From the NCBI GenBank assembly GCA_003245835.1, contig QKCC01000275.1:364-64363 (forward strand): a DNA stretch of 64,000 nt, read 5' to 3'. The notes under the pieces were generated by a model. The model made no database searches, had not been told where the DNA came from, and was given only the letters and a program-made list of their open reading frames with translations. A program made the position numbers and the translations under genes. Source of the stretch: Spirochaetales bacterium. Lineage in GTDB: Bacteria; Spirochaetota; Spirochaetia; UBA9216. Each line of letters begins with the position of its first letter. Within the stretch, counting starts at the first letter, position 1. Of the stretch, positions 55,418 to 63,560 are shown piece by piece.

Positions 55418-56290
55418 TTACTCTGTAACCGTCAATTGAAAAGCATATGTATTCTCATTCTCTGAATAATCGCTCACGAGGATTTCAAACCGCAGGTCGC
55501 CGGGAACAAGCGTCAGCTCGCCGAGAGAAATGAAACCGTCGCCGCGGTAATAATCACCATACAGGACTTCTTTCTGGGATTGAATAACCGCTCCGGCATC
55601 TTCATATCTGAGAGACTCAAAATTTATATAAAAAATCTCTTCACCGTTCCGGAACAGATGAATTTTATACGGAGCCATGGTACAGAAGAAATCATCGGAC
55701 ATGCAGGGATCAAAAACTTCGGCAATCAGCTCAGCCTTACCGGCCTTTACCGTTCCCTTTTTACCGATCTTAGTGTAACCGGCCTCAGTTCTGAGTCCGA
55801 CCTCCCGCACAACAGGGGACTTGTTGTCAACGATGGAATTTAGTATAAGCAGCGGGTTTACATACTGCTCGAATTCGCTGTCAATAACCGCAAAAGACAG
55901 GCCGGGTTTTGATGATTTCCCGACTGAACCCGACTTACCGATGATATCCGATGCCGACACCCCTGATTTCTGCTCAATATCATCTGCCGGGACCAGACCC
56001 GCGTACAGGGTTCTGAGTTTCCGAGCATGCTCCACCACAACATAACTGCCCAAACCGTCCGGCAGCCGGTCGGCTGATTTACCGTCATCAAAGAAGATTA
56101 CTTCACCCGCTTCTGAGACCCTGACATCCAGCCCCTCCCCGTACAACTCTATTCCGTTATTGAATGAATCCCATTTACGGCTTCCGAAGGTTGAAGTTAC
56201 AAGGGGGGCGACGACCGGCCAATTGAATGCGACAGCAATCTGAAGGGGAAAAAAAAGTATTATTCCTATGCCGATTATTATCCTTTTCAG
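55418..56290 (-). CDS. Membrane-anchored, catalytically degenerate LytM (M23-like) domain protein; the start codon is non-canonical or uncertain
   Basis: The track ORF starts at TTG 56146, but the frame is open up to 56305. That extension encodes KRIIIGIGIILFFPLQIAVAF (a signal anchor) plus APLVTSTFGSRKWDSFNNGIEL (the M23 entry motif with His changed to Asn). Where the HxH motif belongs, the sequence reads GLSFAV. Confidence 0.6.
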   Translation of the reverse strand: MKRIIIGIGIILFFPLQIAVAFNWPVVAPLVTSTFGSRKWDSFNNGIELYGEGLDVRVSEAGEVIFFDDGKSADRLPDGLGSYVVVEHARKLRTLYAGLVPADDIEQKSGVSASDIIGKSGSVGKSSKPGLSFAVIDSEFEQYVNPLLILNSIVDNKSPVVREVGLRTEAGYTKIGKKGTVKAGKAELIAEVFDPCMSDDFFCTMAPYKIHLFRNGEEIFYINFESLRYEDAGAVIQSQKEVLYGDYYRGDGFISLGELTLVPGDLRFEILVSDYSENENTYAFQLTVTE

Positions 56291-56294
56291 AGCA

Positions 56295-57347
56295 CTACCC
56301 CTCCATTATATCGTATCGGATTATTTTTCCGTCGACACCAATATAGAAACATCCGCCTGCCGGCCGAAAGTAAAAGTCGCCGCCGGGAAAATGAAAATCG
56401 GCAAGATTTCCGGTATCAGGCCGGTAAATCCGTACTATGTTGCCGGTTTCATCTGCGGACAGAATATAAGAAAGATCACTCTCGCCGGAAATCAGGACCC
56501 TGGTCAGGCTGCCTTCGACAGGTATTTTATTTTCAAGAAAAGTAGCCGTACTGTACAGCAGCAGCCCGCCGCGGCTCTCTACATAGAGAAGCCTGCCGTC
56601 CGTGCTGTAGTCCATGAGAATATTTCTCCTGAAATCTTCATTCATCGTTTTCCTGAAGACAGGAACCCATGATTCATTTCTGTATTCAAAACATATCAGC
56701 TGCTGCGGATACAGGCCCGTAACTGCGGCAAACCGGGTACCGTCGTCGGTAAGGGCACATGCATAGGCAACACTGTACCTGCTGTCTGTTGAAAAATAGG
56801 TAAAATCCGGCTTATTGCTGCCGGTAAAAACAGACACCTCGCCGTTCAGCTTGCCGATTATGATCGCCCTCGCCCCTGCATCCATTGATGTAATCAGGGA
56901 ATCGGACGAAATTGTAAGCAGTTCGGATCCGTCAGTACCGTATTCCGAGACAGACATCCGGTCAGGCGAAAGTACAAAAAGCCTGCTGTTAATAAAAAAC
57001 GGGAAACCTTCGGTCTCGATGCTGCTTTTCATCCTTCCTGAAGAATCCTTCAGTACCAGATTATTCGAAATACTCGAGTAATTTATAAAGACGTCTGAAG
57101 AAACGGCGGAATTGTACATAACATCTTCCGAGTAGAGGATTTCACCTGCCGACGAAAAATATCCGAGTTTATTATCAAATTTAAACGGAACAGCCCCCTC
57201 GACAGAAAAACGTCCCGAGGGTTCCGAAAAGGCGTCCGCGCTCCAGGACGGAAGGATTACCAGCTCTTTCTTTAACTGATGAGGAAAAAAGATCAGATAG
57301 ACGGCAAAAAGCCCGAAAAACAGTATTAAAAAAATTCTTTTTCTCAT
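56295..57347 (-). CDS. Hypothetical membrane-anchored protein, possibly beta-propeller-like
   Basis: N-terminal TM helix (IFLILFFGLFAVYLIFF), then 320 aa of beta-rich, repeat-like sequence. It is the first gene of a five-gene operon. Confidence 0.5.
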   Translation of the reverse strand: MRKRIFLILFFGLFAVYLIFFPHQLKKELVILPSWSADAFSEPSGRFSVEGAVPFKFDNKLGYFSSAGEILYSEDVMYNSAVSSDVFINYSSISNNLVLKDSSGRMKSSIETEGFPFFINSRLFVLSPDRMSVSEYGTDGSELLTISSDSLITSMDAGARAIIIGKLNGEVSVFTGSNKPDFTYFSTDSRYSVAYACALTDDGTRFAAVTGLYPQQLICFEYRNESWVPVFRKTMNEDFRRNILMDYSTDGRLLYVESRGGLLLYSTATFLENKIPVEGSLTRVLISGESDLSYILSADETGNIVRIYRPDTGNLADFHFPGGDFYFRPAGGCFYIGVDGKIIRYDIMEG

Positions 57348-57420
57348 AATACACCAATCAATTGCATCCTATACTATTACGTGCGATACTGTCAAACACA
57401 GTATACTGAATTTCAGGAGC

Positions 57421-57861
57421 ATGATTTTGGAAGACAAAGACAAAAAGCAGGCAGAAAATCTGCTTGCTGAAGCGGCCGAAGCAGGCAAAATGTCCTATTC
57501 GCCCTATTCACACTTCACCGTGGGAGCGGCGCTTTTATGTGCCGACGGAGAGATTGTCACTGCAGCCAATGTCGAAAACCGGTCATACGGACTTACTATA
57601 TGCGCCGAACGCAGTGCAATTGTAAAAGCTGTTTCGATGGGAAAAAGGGAGTTCAGCGCACTTGCCGTATACTGCGGGAAGGCCGATTACCCGGTCTCAC
57701 CCTGCGGGGCCTGCCGCCAGGTAATATCGGAATTCTGCGACCGGGATATGCCTGTTTATTTCAGCGGAAAAGATGCTGCCGACAGGGTTGAAACCACAGT
57801 CGGAGAACTGTTTCCATTTGACGCGCTAGACGAAATGAAGAACGGGAAATACAGCCTGTAA
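57421..57861 (+). CDS. cdd: Cytidine deaminase
   Basis: CAERSAI and PCGACRQ zinc-binding motifs; 146 aa. Confidence 0.9.
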   Translation: MILEDKDKKQAENLLAEAAEAGKMSYSPYSHFTVGAALLCADGEIVTAANVENRSYGLTICAERSAIVKAVSMGKREFSALAVYCGKADYPVSPCGACRQVISEFCDRDMPVYFSGKDAADRVETTVGELFPFDALDEMKNGKYSL

Positions 57862-57896
57862 TTCCCGCTTGGTAAAAATAATATTTTCAGGTCCGG

Positions 57897-58703
57897 TCAC
57901 TTTTTAGCGGATTCTTTCTTCTTCAAATCCTGATCCATCTTGGATTTCCAGATATCGATCTTCCGCTTCAGATCGTTTGCCTCTTCCGGTTCGCCGACTA
58001 GGGCATTTAACCTGCGAAGGCTTCCGAGAAAATTTATAGCGAGCTTGAAATCATCAATACGCAGCGTTGAGAGTTCATATTTTTCACGATAGCCGTCGGC
58101 AGACTGCTGAAGCAGCCTCTTCACAGTTTTCAGGTGTGCAACTCTCTCCTGGTAAAAATCTTCACGCGGGTCAAGTCCGGACATCAGGTTCTTGAGATCC
58201 AGCAGGTTCTTGGCTACGACTGCGAAACGGCCTTCGACCTCTACGAATGACCATTTCCACTTTGTATTTTCGCCGTATGCATCCTTTACAGCCTGTATCG
58301 AAAAACCAAGTTTCTTCACAAGGCGCCACCTGTCGGCCTGGCTGAAGGATTTTATTTTATCGAGCTTTGCTTCATATTCGGAAAATGGAACATCTATGAA
58401 ATTCGATACAGTGTTTTCAAGACTGATAATTGCCTTATAACAGGTCTTCCTGGCTTCATTAAGATAGGCATCGTTTTTTATCCCGAGAAGCGCAACCGAG
58501 AGATTGTTCATAAGGACGAGATAAGAGACCATATTAAGATTGGTGTTCGCAGACTGAAGATTAATCATCCCGGAGTTATCACGATCCTTACGCGCCATAG
58601 CTTCAAGCTCCAGCTCCTGCTTTTTCAATTGCTCAAGCTTTTCCCTGTGCTCTTTTAACTTCTCGGTATACTGCTCTTTAGCCTGAGTACTGATTTTCCC
58701 CAC
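57897..58703 (-). CDS. Hypothetical all-helical protein (268 aa)
   Basis: ORF lying 4 nt downstream of recN, with coiled-coil ends. I recognise no motif. Confidence 0.5.
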   Translation of the reverse strand: MGKISTQAKEQYTEKLKEHREKLEQLKKQELELEAMARKDRDNSGMINLQSANTNLNMVSYLVLMNNLSVALLGIKNDAYLNEARKTCYKAIISLENTVSNFIDVPFSEYEAKLDKIKSFSQADRWRLVKKLGFSIQAVKDAYGENTKWKWSFVEVEGRFAVVAKNLLDLKNLMSGLDPREDFYQERVAHLKTVKRLLQQSADGYREKYELSTLRIDDFKLAINFLGSLRRLNALVGEPEEANDLKRKIDIWKSKMDQDLKKKESAKK

Positions 58704-58707
58704 TGTA

Positions 58708-60408
58708 TCAGCTCTCCTCCTGCCCGCCTGAAGCCTTCATCAAAAGTTCTTCGGCATGCTTCAATGATACATCCGCGTTGGTGTCCCCGGACAGCATTCG
58801 CGCAATTTCGATCTTTCTTTCTTCACCGGATACAGCCCGTATCTCTGTAAATGTCCGGCCGGAAACAGAATTTTTGCAAACCCTTATATGATTATCGGCA
58901 CGAACAGCTATTGAGGCAAGGTGTGTTATGCATAGAATTTGTTTATATTTTGATAATTTATACAAATGTTCGCCGACAGCAACAGCTATTTCGCCGCCGA
59001 TTCCGCTGTCAATTTCATCAAACACAAGACAGTCCACGGAATCCTTATCGGCAAGCACAGATTTAATCGCAAGCATTACTCTCGATATCTCTCCGCCGGA
59101 AGCTATGCTCTTTAAACGCTTAGGGGGTTCCCCCTGGTTCGGTGAAATGAGAAATTCGATTGAATCGAAACCGTTGATTCCGCAGGATGGACGGCCGTTC
59201 TCACCCAACCGCTGTTCGACAAGAACGCGGAATTCAGCTTTCGGCATGCCGAGAGCCTTCAGCTGGCTCTGAATTTCAGCCTGCAGCTTCAACGCAGCCT
59301 CTTTTCGCTTTTTGGACAGCTCGGAAGCCTGGCCTAAAACTGATTTTTCAAGCAGGCCTATCCGTTCGGAGTATTCTGCCTTCAGCTCCTCGCGGTTTTC
59401 AATATTACTTACCTTTCGTCGGCTCTCTTCAAGAAATTCAAGAATCTCCTCGATAGTATCACCGTATTTCTTTCTGAGTTTCATGATTTCGCCGAGTCTT
59501 TCATCACAGGCTTCAAGTTTTTCCGGGCTGAAATCAAAATTGTTCCGGTAACGTTCAAGGCTGTCAAGAACATCTTCTGTTTCGTAAAATGCATTTTCCA
59601 GCCTTGTCCCGTACTCTGAGAATAAATTATCTATACTGCTCAGCTCCCTTATATGCTTCATGCCGCTACGAAGCCCGTCGAGGGCTCCGCCTGCACTTTC
59701 ACTGAGACTGTTATGTATATCTTCCAGATGCGTAAACAGCTTTTCAGCCTGTGAAAGAAGCCTGTGCTCATTTTCGAGTTCTTCGATCTCGCCGGGATGC
59801 AGCTTTGCCTGCTCAATCTCTCTTACCGCAAATGCCGCTATATCAGCCTCACGGAGCATCTCGCGCTCGTCGGTCATCAGCTTCTGGTATTCTTTTTTGA
59901 TATTGCTAAGCGAAATAAAATCCGCAGTCAATGATTCCGCAGTTTTTTCAAGCCCTGCAAAACTGTCAAGAAGTTTCCTGTGATTCTCGACTGAAAGCAG
60001 TGACTGATGTTCATGCTGCCCGTGAATATCAAACAGCAGAGATGTGAACTCACTGATATCATTTTTTGTGGCAGGCACCGACTGAATATAGATACTGCCG
60101 CGTCCCGTATTTTTCAAAACCCTCCGCAGGATAACACGGCCTTCGTCAGCAGGAATATCATGATCCTCAAGCCACTTTTCAGCCTCCGTGTTTCCGGAAA
60201 TTTTGACAACTGCAGAGACCTCAGTTTCATCGGCGCCGGTCCGGATATTAATCACGTCGCCTTTTTCGCCAAGAACAAGGCTAAGCGCCCCGATAATAAC
60301 CGATTTTCCCGACCCGGTTTCACCAGTAAGTATATTGAACCCGGAGGAAAACTCAACGGTAAGCTGCTCCGCCAATGCATAATTTCTGATATACAGTTCT
60401 TCAAGCAT
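58708..60408 (-). CDS. recN: DNA repair protein RecN
   Basis: I moved the start to the ATG at 60408, which follows the SD GGAGG. Walker A GETGSGKS, a long coiled coil, the SGGE signature (IASGGEISRVMLAIK) and Walker B LVFDEIDSGIGG. Confidence 0.95.
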   Translation of the reverse strand: MLEELYIRNYALAEQLTVEFSSGFNILTGETGSGKSVIIGALSLVLGEKGDVINIRTGADETEVSAVVKISGNTEAEKWLEDHDIPADEGRVILRRVLKNTGRGSIYIQSVPATKNDISEFTSLLFDIHGQHEHQSLLSVENHRKLLDSFAGLEKTAESLTADFISLSNIKKEYQKLMTDEREMLREADIAAFAVREIEQAKLHPGEIEELENEHRLLSQAEKLFTHLEDIHNSLSESAGGALDGLRSGMKHIRELSSIDNLFSEYGTRLENAFYETEDVLDSLERYRNNFDFSPEKLEACDERLGEIMKLRKKYGDTIEEILEFLEESRRKVSNIENREELKAEYSERIGLLEKSVLGQASELSKKRKEAALKLQAEIQSQLKALGMPKAEFRVLVEQRLGENGRPSCGINGFDSIEFLISPNQGEPPKRLKSIASGGEISRVMLAIKSVLADKDSVDCLVFDEIDSGIGGEIAVAVGEHLYKLSKYKQILCITHLASIAVRADNHIRVCKNSVSGRTFTEIRAVSGEERKIEIARMLSGDTNADVSLKHAEELLMKASGGQEES

Positions 60409-61255
60409 CCGGACCTCCAGACCATTTGAGTTTTGTCCGAAGTATTTCATAAAAATTACGTTTATCGGAATTGATTATAAGTGCTTTCTCAGCGGCCTGT
60501 TCAAAAACCACTATGTCATCCGGTTTAAGCGGGAATACAGTCTGACCGTCCACCGTAAGCATTATTTCAGCACGCTGATCAGAGTCAACGGATATTTCAA
60601 TCTTCTTGTCCGAATTTATAACAAGCGGCCGGTTTGAAAGGCTGAAGGGACAGATAGGGTTCAGAAGCACAGCTTCCATTTCAGGTTCCATCAACGGACC
60701 GCCGGCTGCAGCGGAATACGCGGTAGAACCGGTCGGGGTTGAAACGATGACACCATCCGCCCTGTATTTTCCGAGATGAGTTCCGTTCAGACTTACCGAC
60801 AGCCTTATCATTTTGGAAATTCCGTAGGCCGAGATTACCGAATCATTCAGGCAGTGATATTCCGCAATTTCTGCCCCGTTACGTATAACTACAGATTTAA
60901 GCATCAGCCTGCGGCTCAGCCTGAGCTTGCCCTCGATATATTCTTCAAAGGTTTCCTGCCATTCATTCTTGGAAACCTCGGTAATAAAACCAAAGTTCCC
61001 CATATTAACCGCCAGAACCGGAATTCCAAGCTGTGCAAGTGTGCGGGCTGAAAACAGAACAGTTCCGTCGCCGCCTAATGCAAAAGCTATATCGGCGCCT
61101 GTAATTTCCGGGTCGATAGGCTTGCCCGCATAACCGAAGACATCAGCTGCGATGCCCCGGCTGTCCAGGTATGAAGTAATCTCGGCAACGAGGTTTTCTG
61201 CTTCAGGTTTGAGCAGGTTAACTATGATAACGGCCTTTTTTATATCTTTTCTCAT
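60401..61255 (-). CDS. nadK: NAD kinase
   Basis: GGDGT motif (ALGGDGTVLF) and STPTGSTAYSAAAGGP. Confidence 0.9.
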   Translation of the reverse strand: MRKDIKKAVIIVNLLKPEAENLVAEITSYLDSRGIAADVFGYAGKPIDPEITGADIAFALGGDGTVLFSARTLAQLGIPVLAVNMGNFGFITEVSKNEWQETFEEYIEGKLRLSRRLMLKSVVIRNGAEIAEYHCLNDSVISAYGISKMIRLSVSLNGTHLGKYRADGVIVSTPTGSTAYSAAAGGPLMEPEMEAVLLNPICPFSLSNRPLVINSDKKIEISVDSDQRAEIMLTVDGQTVFPLKPDDIVVFEQAAEKALIINSDKRNFYEILRTKLKWSGGPDA

Positions 61256-61285
61256 AAAACAATTCAGATTAAACTATTATCGCTC

Positions 61286-62311
61286 TCACGGCAATGATGA
61301 AAGCACTCTTGAAATAACCGATATATTATTCTTTCCAAGCATCGGGTACAGCGGGAAATTTACACACCTTAAAAGCAGCGCTTTTGCATTCGGACAGTTT
61401 GTCTGGACCTCCTCCGAATATGCTGCGATAGATCCTGAAAAAGCAGGCTCCGTCAGTACATTTTTCTTCATGGCATAGGCTGCTACTTCATGTATTCCGG
61501 TTTCAAGTACAACCGGAAAACTGTAGTGAACATTGGAAGCCTCGTCCTTCTGAGTAAGGCGCCTGTGTTTTGACCGCATCAGCGATTTTGAAAAAATATC
61601 GGCAATCTCGGCTCTACTTTCAATATATTCAGGCAGATTTTTCAGCTGAACTATTCCAAGAGAGGCGTTCATATCGGGCAGGAATACTGTGTGATGCAGT
61701 TCTTCGGCAATACTGCTGAGTTTCTTTCCGTCGTTTTTCGAAGATGCAAGAACAGCCGCACCGCCGCCGGTGGTAATAAGACCGTCCTCATCCATATTTA
61801 CTACAGTAAATCTCCCGTAGGTTCCGGCCTTGCGCTCATCTCTTTCAGCGCCGAGAGCCATGGAGATATCCTCTATAACCGCAAGCCCGGTTTCGGCAAT
61901 TCTGTCCATGTCGGGAAAGAACCCCATTTCATAATTGACGATTATAGCCTTGGCATCAGCCGCCGCAGATTCGATCAATTCAATGTCGGCAAGCGAACTG
62001 TCCGGATCGACATCGGCAATCAGGGGTTCAAGGCCGGCATCCTCCAGAACGCTTATATAAAGATTCGGAGCAAGCGCTGAGATGATGACACCGTCGCCCG
62101 GTTCAAGTTCCAGCCCTTCGACAGCAGCTTTCAGTGCACGGTAGTATTCCTTGAAAGCAAGACCGCCGCCTTTCATTCCAAGATAATCACAGAGGTCCCT
62201 GGTAAGCTGGGATGCTGATTTGCCGAACCCTATCCTGTCCGAAACCATACAGTTCAGCACTGCATCCATTTCTCTTCTTTTTATGGAGGGCTTAAACACT
62301 GATATATTCAT
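61286..62311 (-). CDS. DegT/DnrJ/EryC1/StrS aminotransferase-fold protein apparently lacking the PLP-binding lysine
   Basis: Fold-type I pattern GDGVIISALAPNLYISVLEDAGLEPLIADVD ... VIEDISMALGA ... FTVVNMDEDGLITTGGGAAV. Gly occupies the position of the Schiff-base Lys (family motif FSFH..K.ITT.EGG). Confidence 0.6.
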   Translation of the reverse strand: MNISVFKPSIKRREMDAVLNCMVSDRIGFGKSASQLTRDLCDYLGMKGGGLAFKEYYRALKAAVEGLELEPGDGVIISALAPNLYISVLEDAGLEPLIADVDPDSSLADIELIESAAADAKAIIVNYEMGFFPDMDRIAETGLAVIEDISMALGAERDERKAGTYGRFTVVNMDEDGLITTGGGAAVLASSKNDGKKLSSIAEELHHTVFLPDMNASLGIVQLKNLPEYIESRAEIADIFSKSLMRSKHRRLTQKDEASNVHYSFPVVLETGIHEVAAYAMKKNVLTEPAFSGSIAAYSEEVQTNCPNAKALLLRCVNFPLYPMLGKNNISVISRVLSSLP

Positions 62312-62329
62312 TGAGAAAATTCCTGGGGT

Positions 62330-62806
62330 TTATTTAAAATCTACAAGGGTCTGCAGCTCTTTCGGATCAAAGAGCCTGCTGATCTCGAGGATAATCAGAT
62401 AACCGTTTTCCTCTTTAACTACTCCCTGAATGTACTCTGTTCCGATACCCGAAATCATCTGGGGCGGGGGCTGAATCTCCGCAGCATCAACCGTCATGAC
62501 CCTCGAAACCTTGTCGATATATACGCCAATCAGCCGGTTATTGATGTTTATAATCATAAACCCGCTGAGCATTTTATCTTCTTCACTAAGTTCAGCTTTT
62601 CGAAGATGAAACCTTTTATGCAGACTTATAACCGGAATAATATTGCCGCGCAGGTTGAATATTCCTTCAACATACATTGGCGCGTTGGGAATAGGCCTGA
62701 TCTCTCTAACCTTCTGGATTTCCTTCACATTCATGATATCTATTCCATAAAGTTCTTCACCCAACTGAAAAGTAACCAGCTGCAGTTGTTCATCCTGGTC
62801 TGCCAT
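62330..62806 (-). CDS. cheW: Chemotaxis coupling protein CheW
   Basis: LVTFQLGEELYGIDIMNVKEIQKV...IPNAPMYVEGIFNLRGNIIPVISL, with a strong SD (AGGAGG) 5 nt upstream. Confidence 0.9.
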   Translation of the reverse strand: MADQDEQLQLVTFQLGEELYGIDIMNVKEIQKVREIRPIPNAPMYVEGIFNLRGNIIPVISLHKRFHLRKAELSEEDKMLSGFMIININNRLIGVYIDKVSRVMTVDAAEIQPPPQMISGIGTEYIQGVVKEENGYLIILEISRLFDPKELQTLVDFK

Positions 62807-62865
62807 ACCGCCTCCTAAAATCCTGTAAATCTATAATACAATATTATCAAAAAACATCCAACATA

Positions 62866-62894
62866 ATTGTAATAATCTTGCAGGGTGAATGCAA
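62866..62894 (-). promoter_or_regulatory. Candidate sigma-70-type promoter for the cheW operon
   Basis: On the gene strand: TTGCAT (62894-62889), a 17-nt spacer, then TACAAT (62871-62866), about 60 nt upstream of the cheW ATG. Confidence 0.45.
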
Positions 62895-63185
62895 TATAAA
62901 AAAAAGCCTCTTTTATAAGCAGTTTTAAATTTAACCTTTGAAAGCGGTTGTAAAACCGTTAAAAACCCAAATCTTCTAAATGGTCCTCTTTGCCGTGTTT
63001 TATTTACCCCGAATACCGCTTTCACAGAAGCTGTTATTCACAATTTGACATTATCAATGGTGCTCAGCTTGAAAGAGCCGGTGCCAAGGAAAATATTTGA
63101 GAGCTTCCGACCAATTTTTCATGGTGACGGAATCTGCAGGCTGAGAATTTTTATCAATTACTGTCAATTTGAGAATAACTGCTCT

Positions 63186-63213
63186 TTTACAGGGTTTACA
63201 TCCGGTTTATAAT
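63186..63213 (+). promoter_or_regulatory. Candidate sigma-70-type promoter for the FmdB-like gene
   Basis: TTTACA (63186-63191), a 16-nt spacer, then TATAAT (63208-63213). The SD GAGGA lies at 63231-63235 and the ATG at 63240. Confidence 0.45.
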
Positions 63214-63239
63214 ACATAACCAACACTTGTGAGGAACTA

Positions 63240-63461
63240 ATGCCGATTTACGAATACAAATGCAACAAATGCAGCAAAGATTTCGAACTGCTTGTTAATT
63301 CGGACACAACTATAGTCTGTACCGACTGCGGAAGCGATGATTTAACCCGTAAATTCAGTACTTTCGGATTTTCAACAGGATCAGTTAAACCGGACTGCGC
63401 CGCCGGATGCGGCGGAGGTTTTGAGGGCGGGTGCTGCGGTTCCGGGCTTTGCAGCGGATAA
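63240..63461 (+). CDS. FmdB family zinc-ribbon protein
   Basis: MPIYEYKCNKC...CTDCGS...RKFS N-terminal zinc ribbon with a Cys/Gly-rich tail. Confidence 0.8.
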   Translation: MPIYEYKCNKCSKDFELLVNSDTTIVCTDCGSDDLTRKFSTFGFSTGSVKPDCAAGCGGGFEGGCCGSGLCSG

Positions 63462-63560
63462 CCCTCAATGCATCCTGAAATCAGCTGAAATAGGGTACCA
63501 AACCAAAAGGCTGACGTCTGTTTGCCAGGCGTCGATTCGGGTACCTGCTGTATAAATCAA

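Noticed and set aside
56268-56672. A 134-aa plus-strand ORF, plus a sigma-28-like GCCGATTA box at 56270-56277.
   Set aside because: The ORF is antisense to the 350-aa membrane protein gene. The box has no proper TAAA -35 element and no credible downstream gene.
58895-58902. A perfect sigma-28 -10 box GCCGATAA on the minus strand.
   Set aside because: It lies inside the recN coding sequence and has no TAAA element 15 nt upstream.
62831-63025. A 64-aa minus-strand ORF upstream of cheW.
   Set aside because: It has no SD and a basic low-complexity sequence, and it overlaps the candidate cheW promoter. It is most likely non-coding.
63058-63150. Fragments resembling a TPP riboswitch (GGTGC ... 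GGCTGAGA).
   Set aside because: The obligatory ACCTGATCTGGATAATGCCAGCG-type pyrimidine-sensor helix is absent, and the downstream gene is not thiamine related.
63057-63212. A 51-codon plus-strand ORF (MVLSLKEPVPRKIFESF...) just upstream of the FmdB gene.
   Set aside because: It has no Shine-Dalgarno sequence, it would run through the candidate FmdB promoter, and nothing suggests conservation. I kept it only as a remote possibility.
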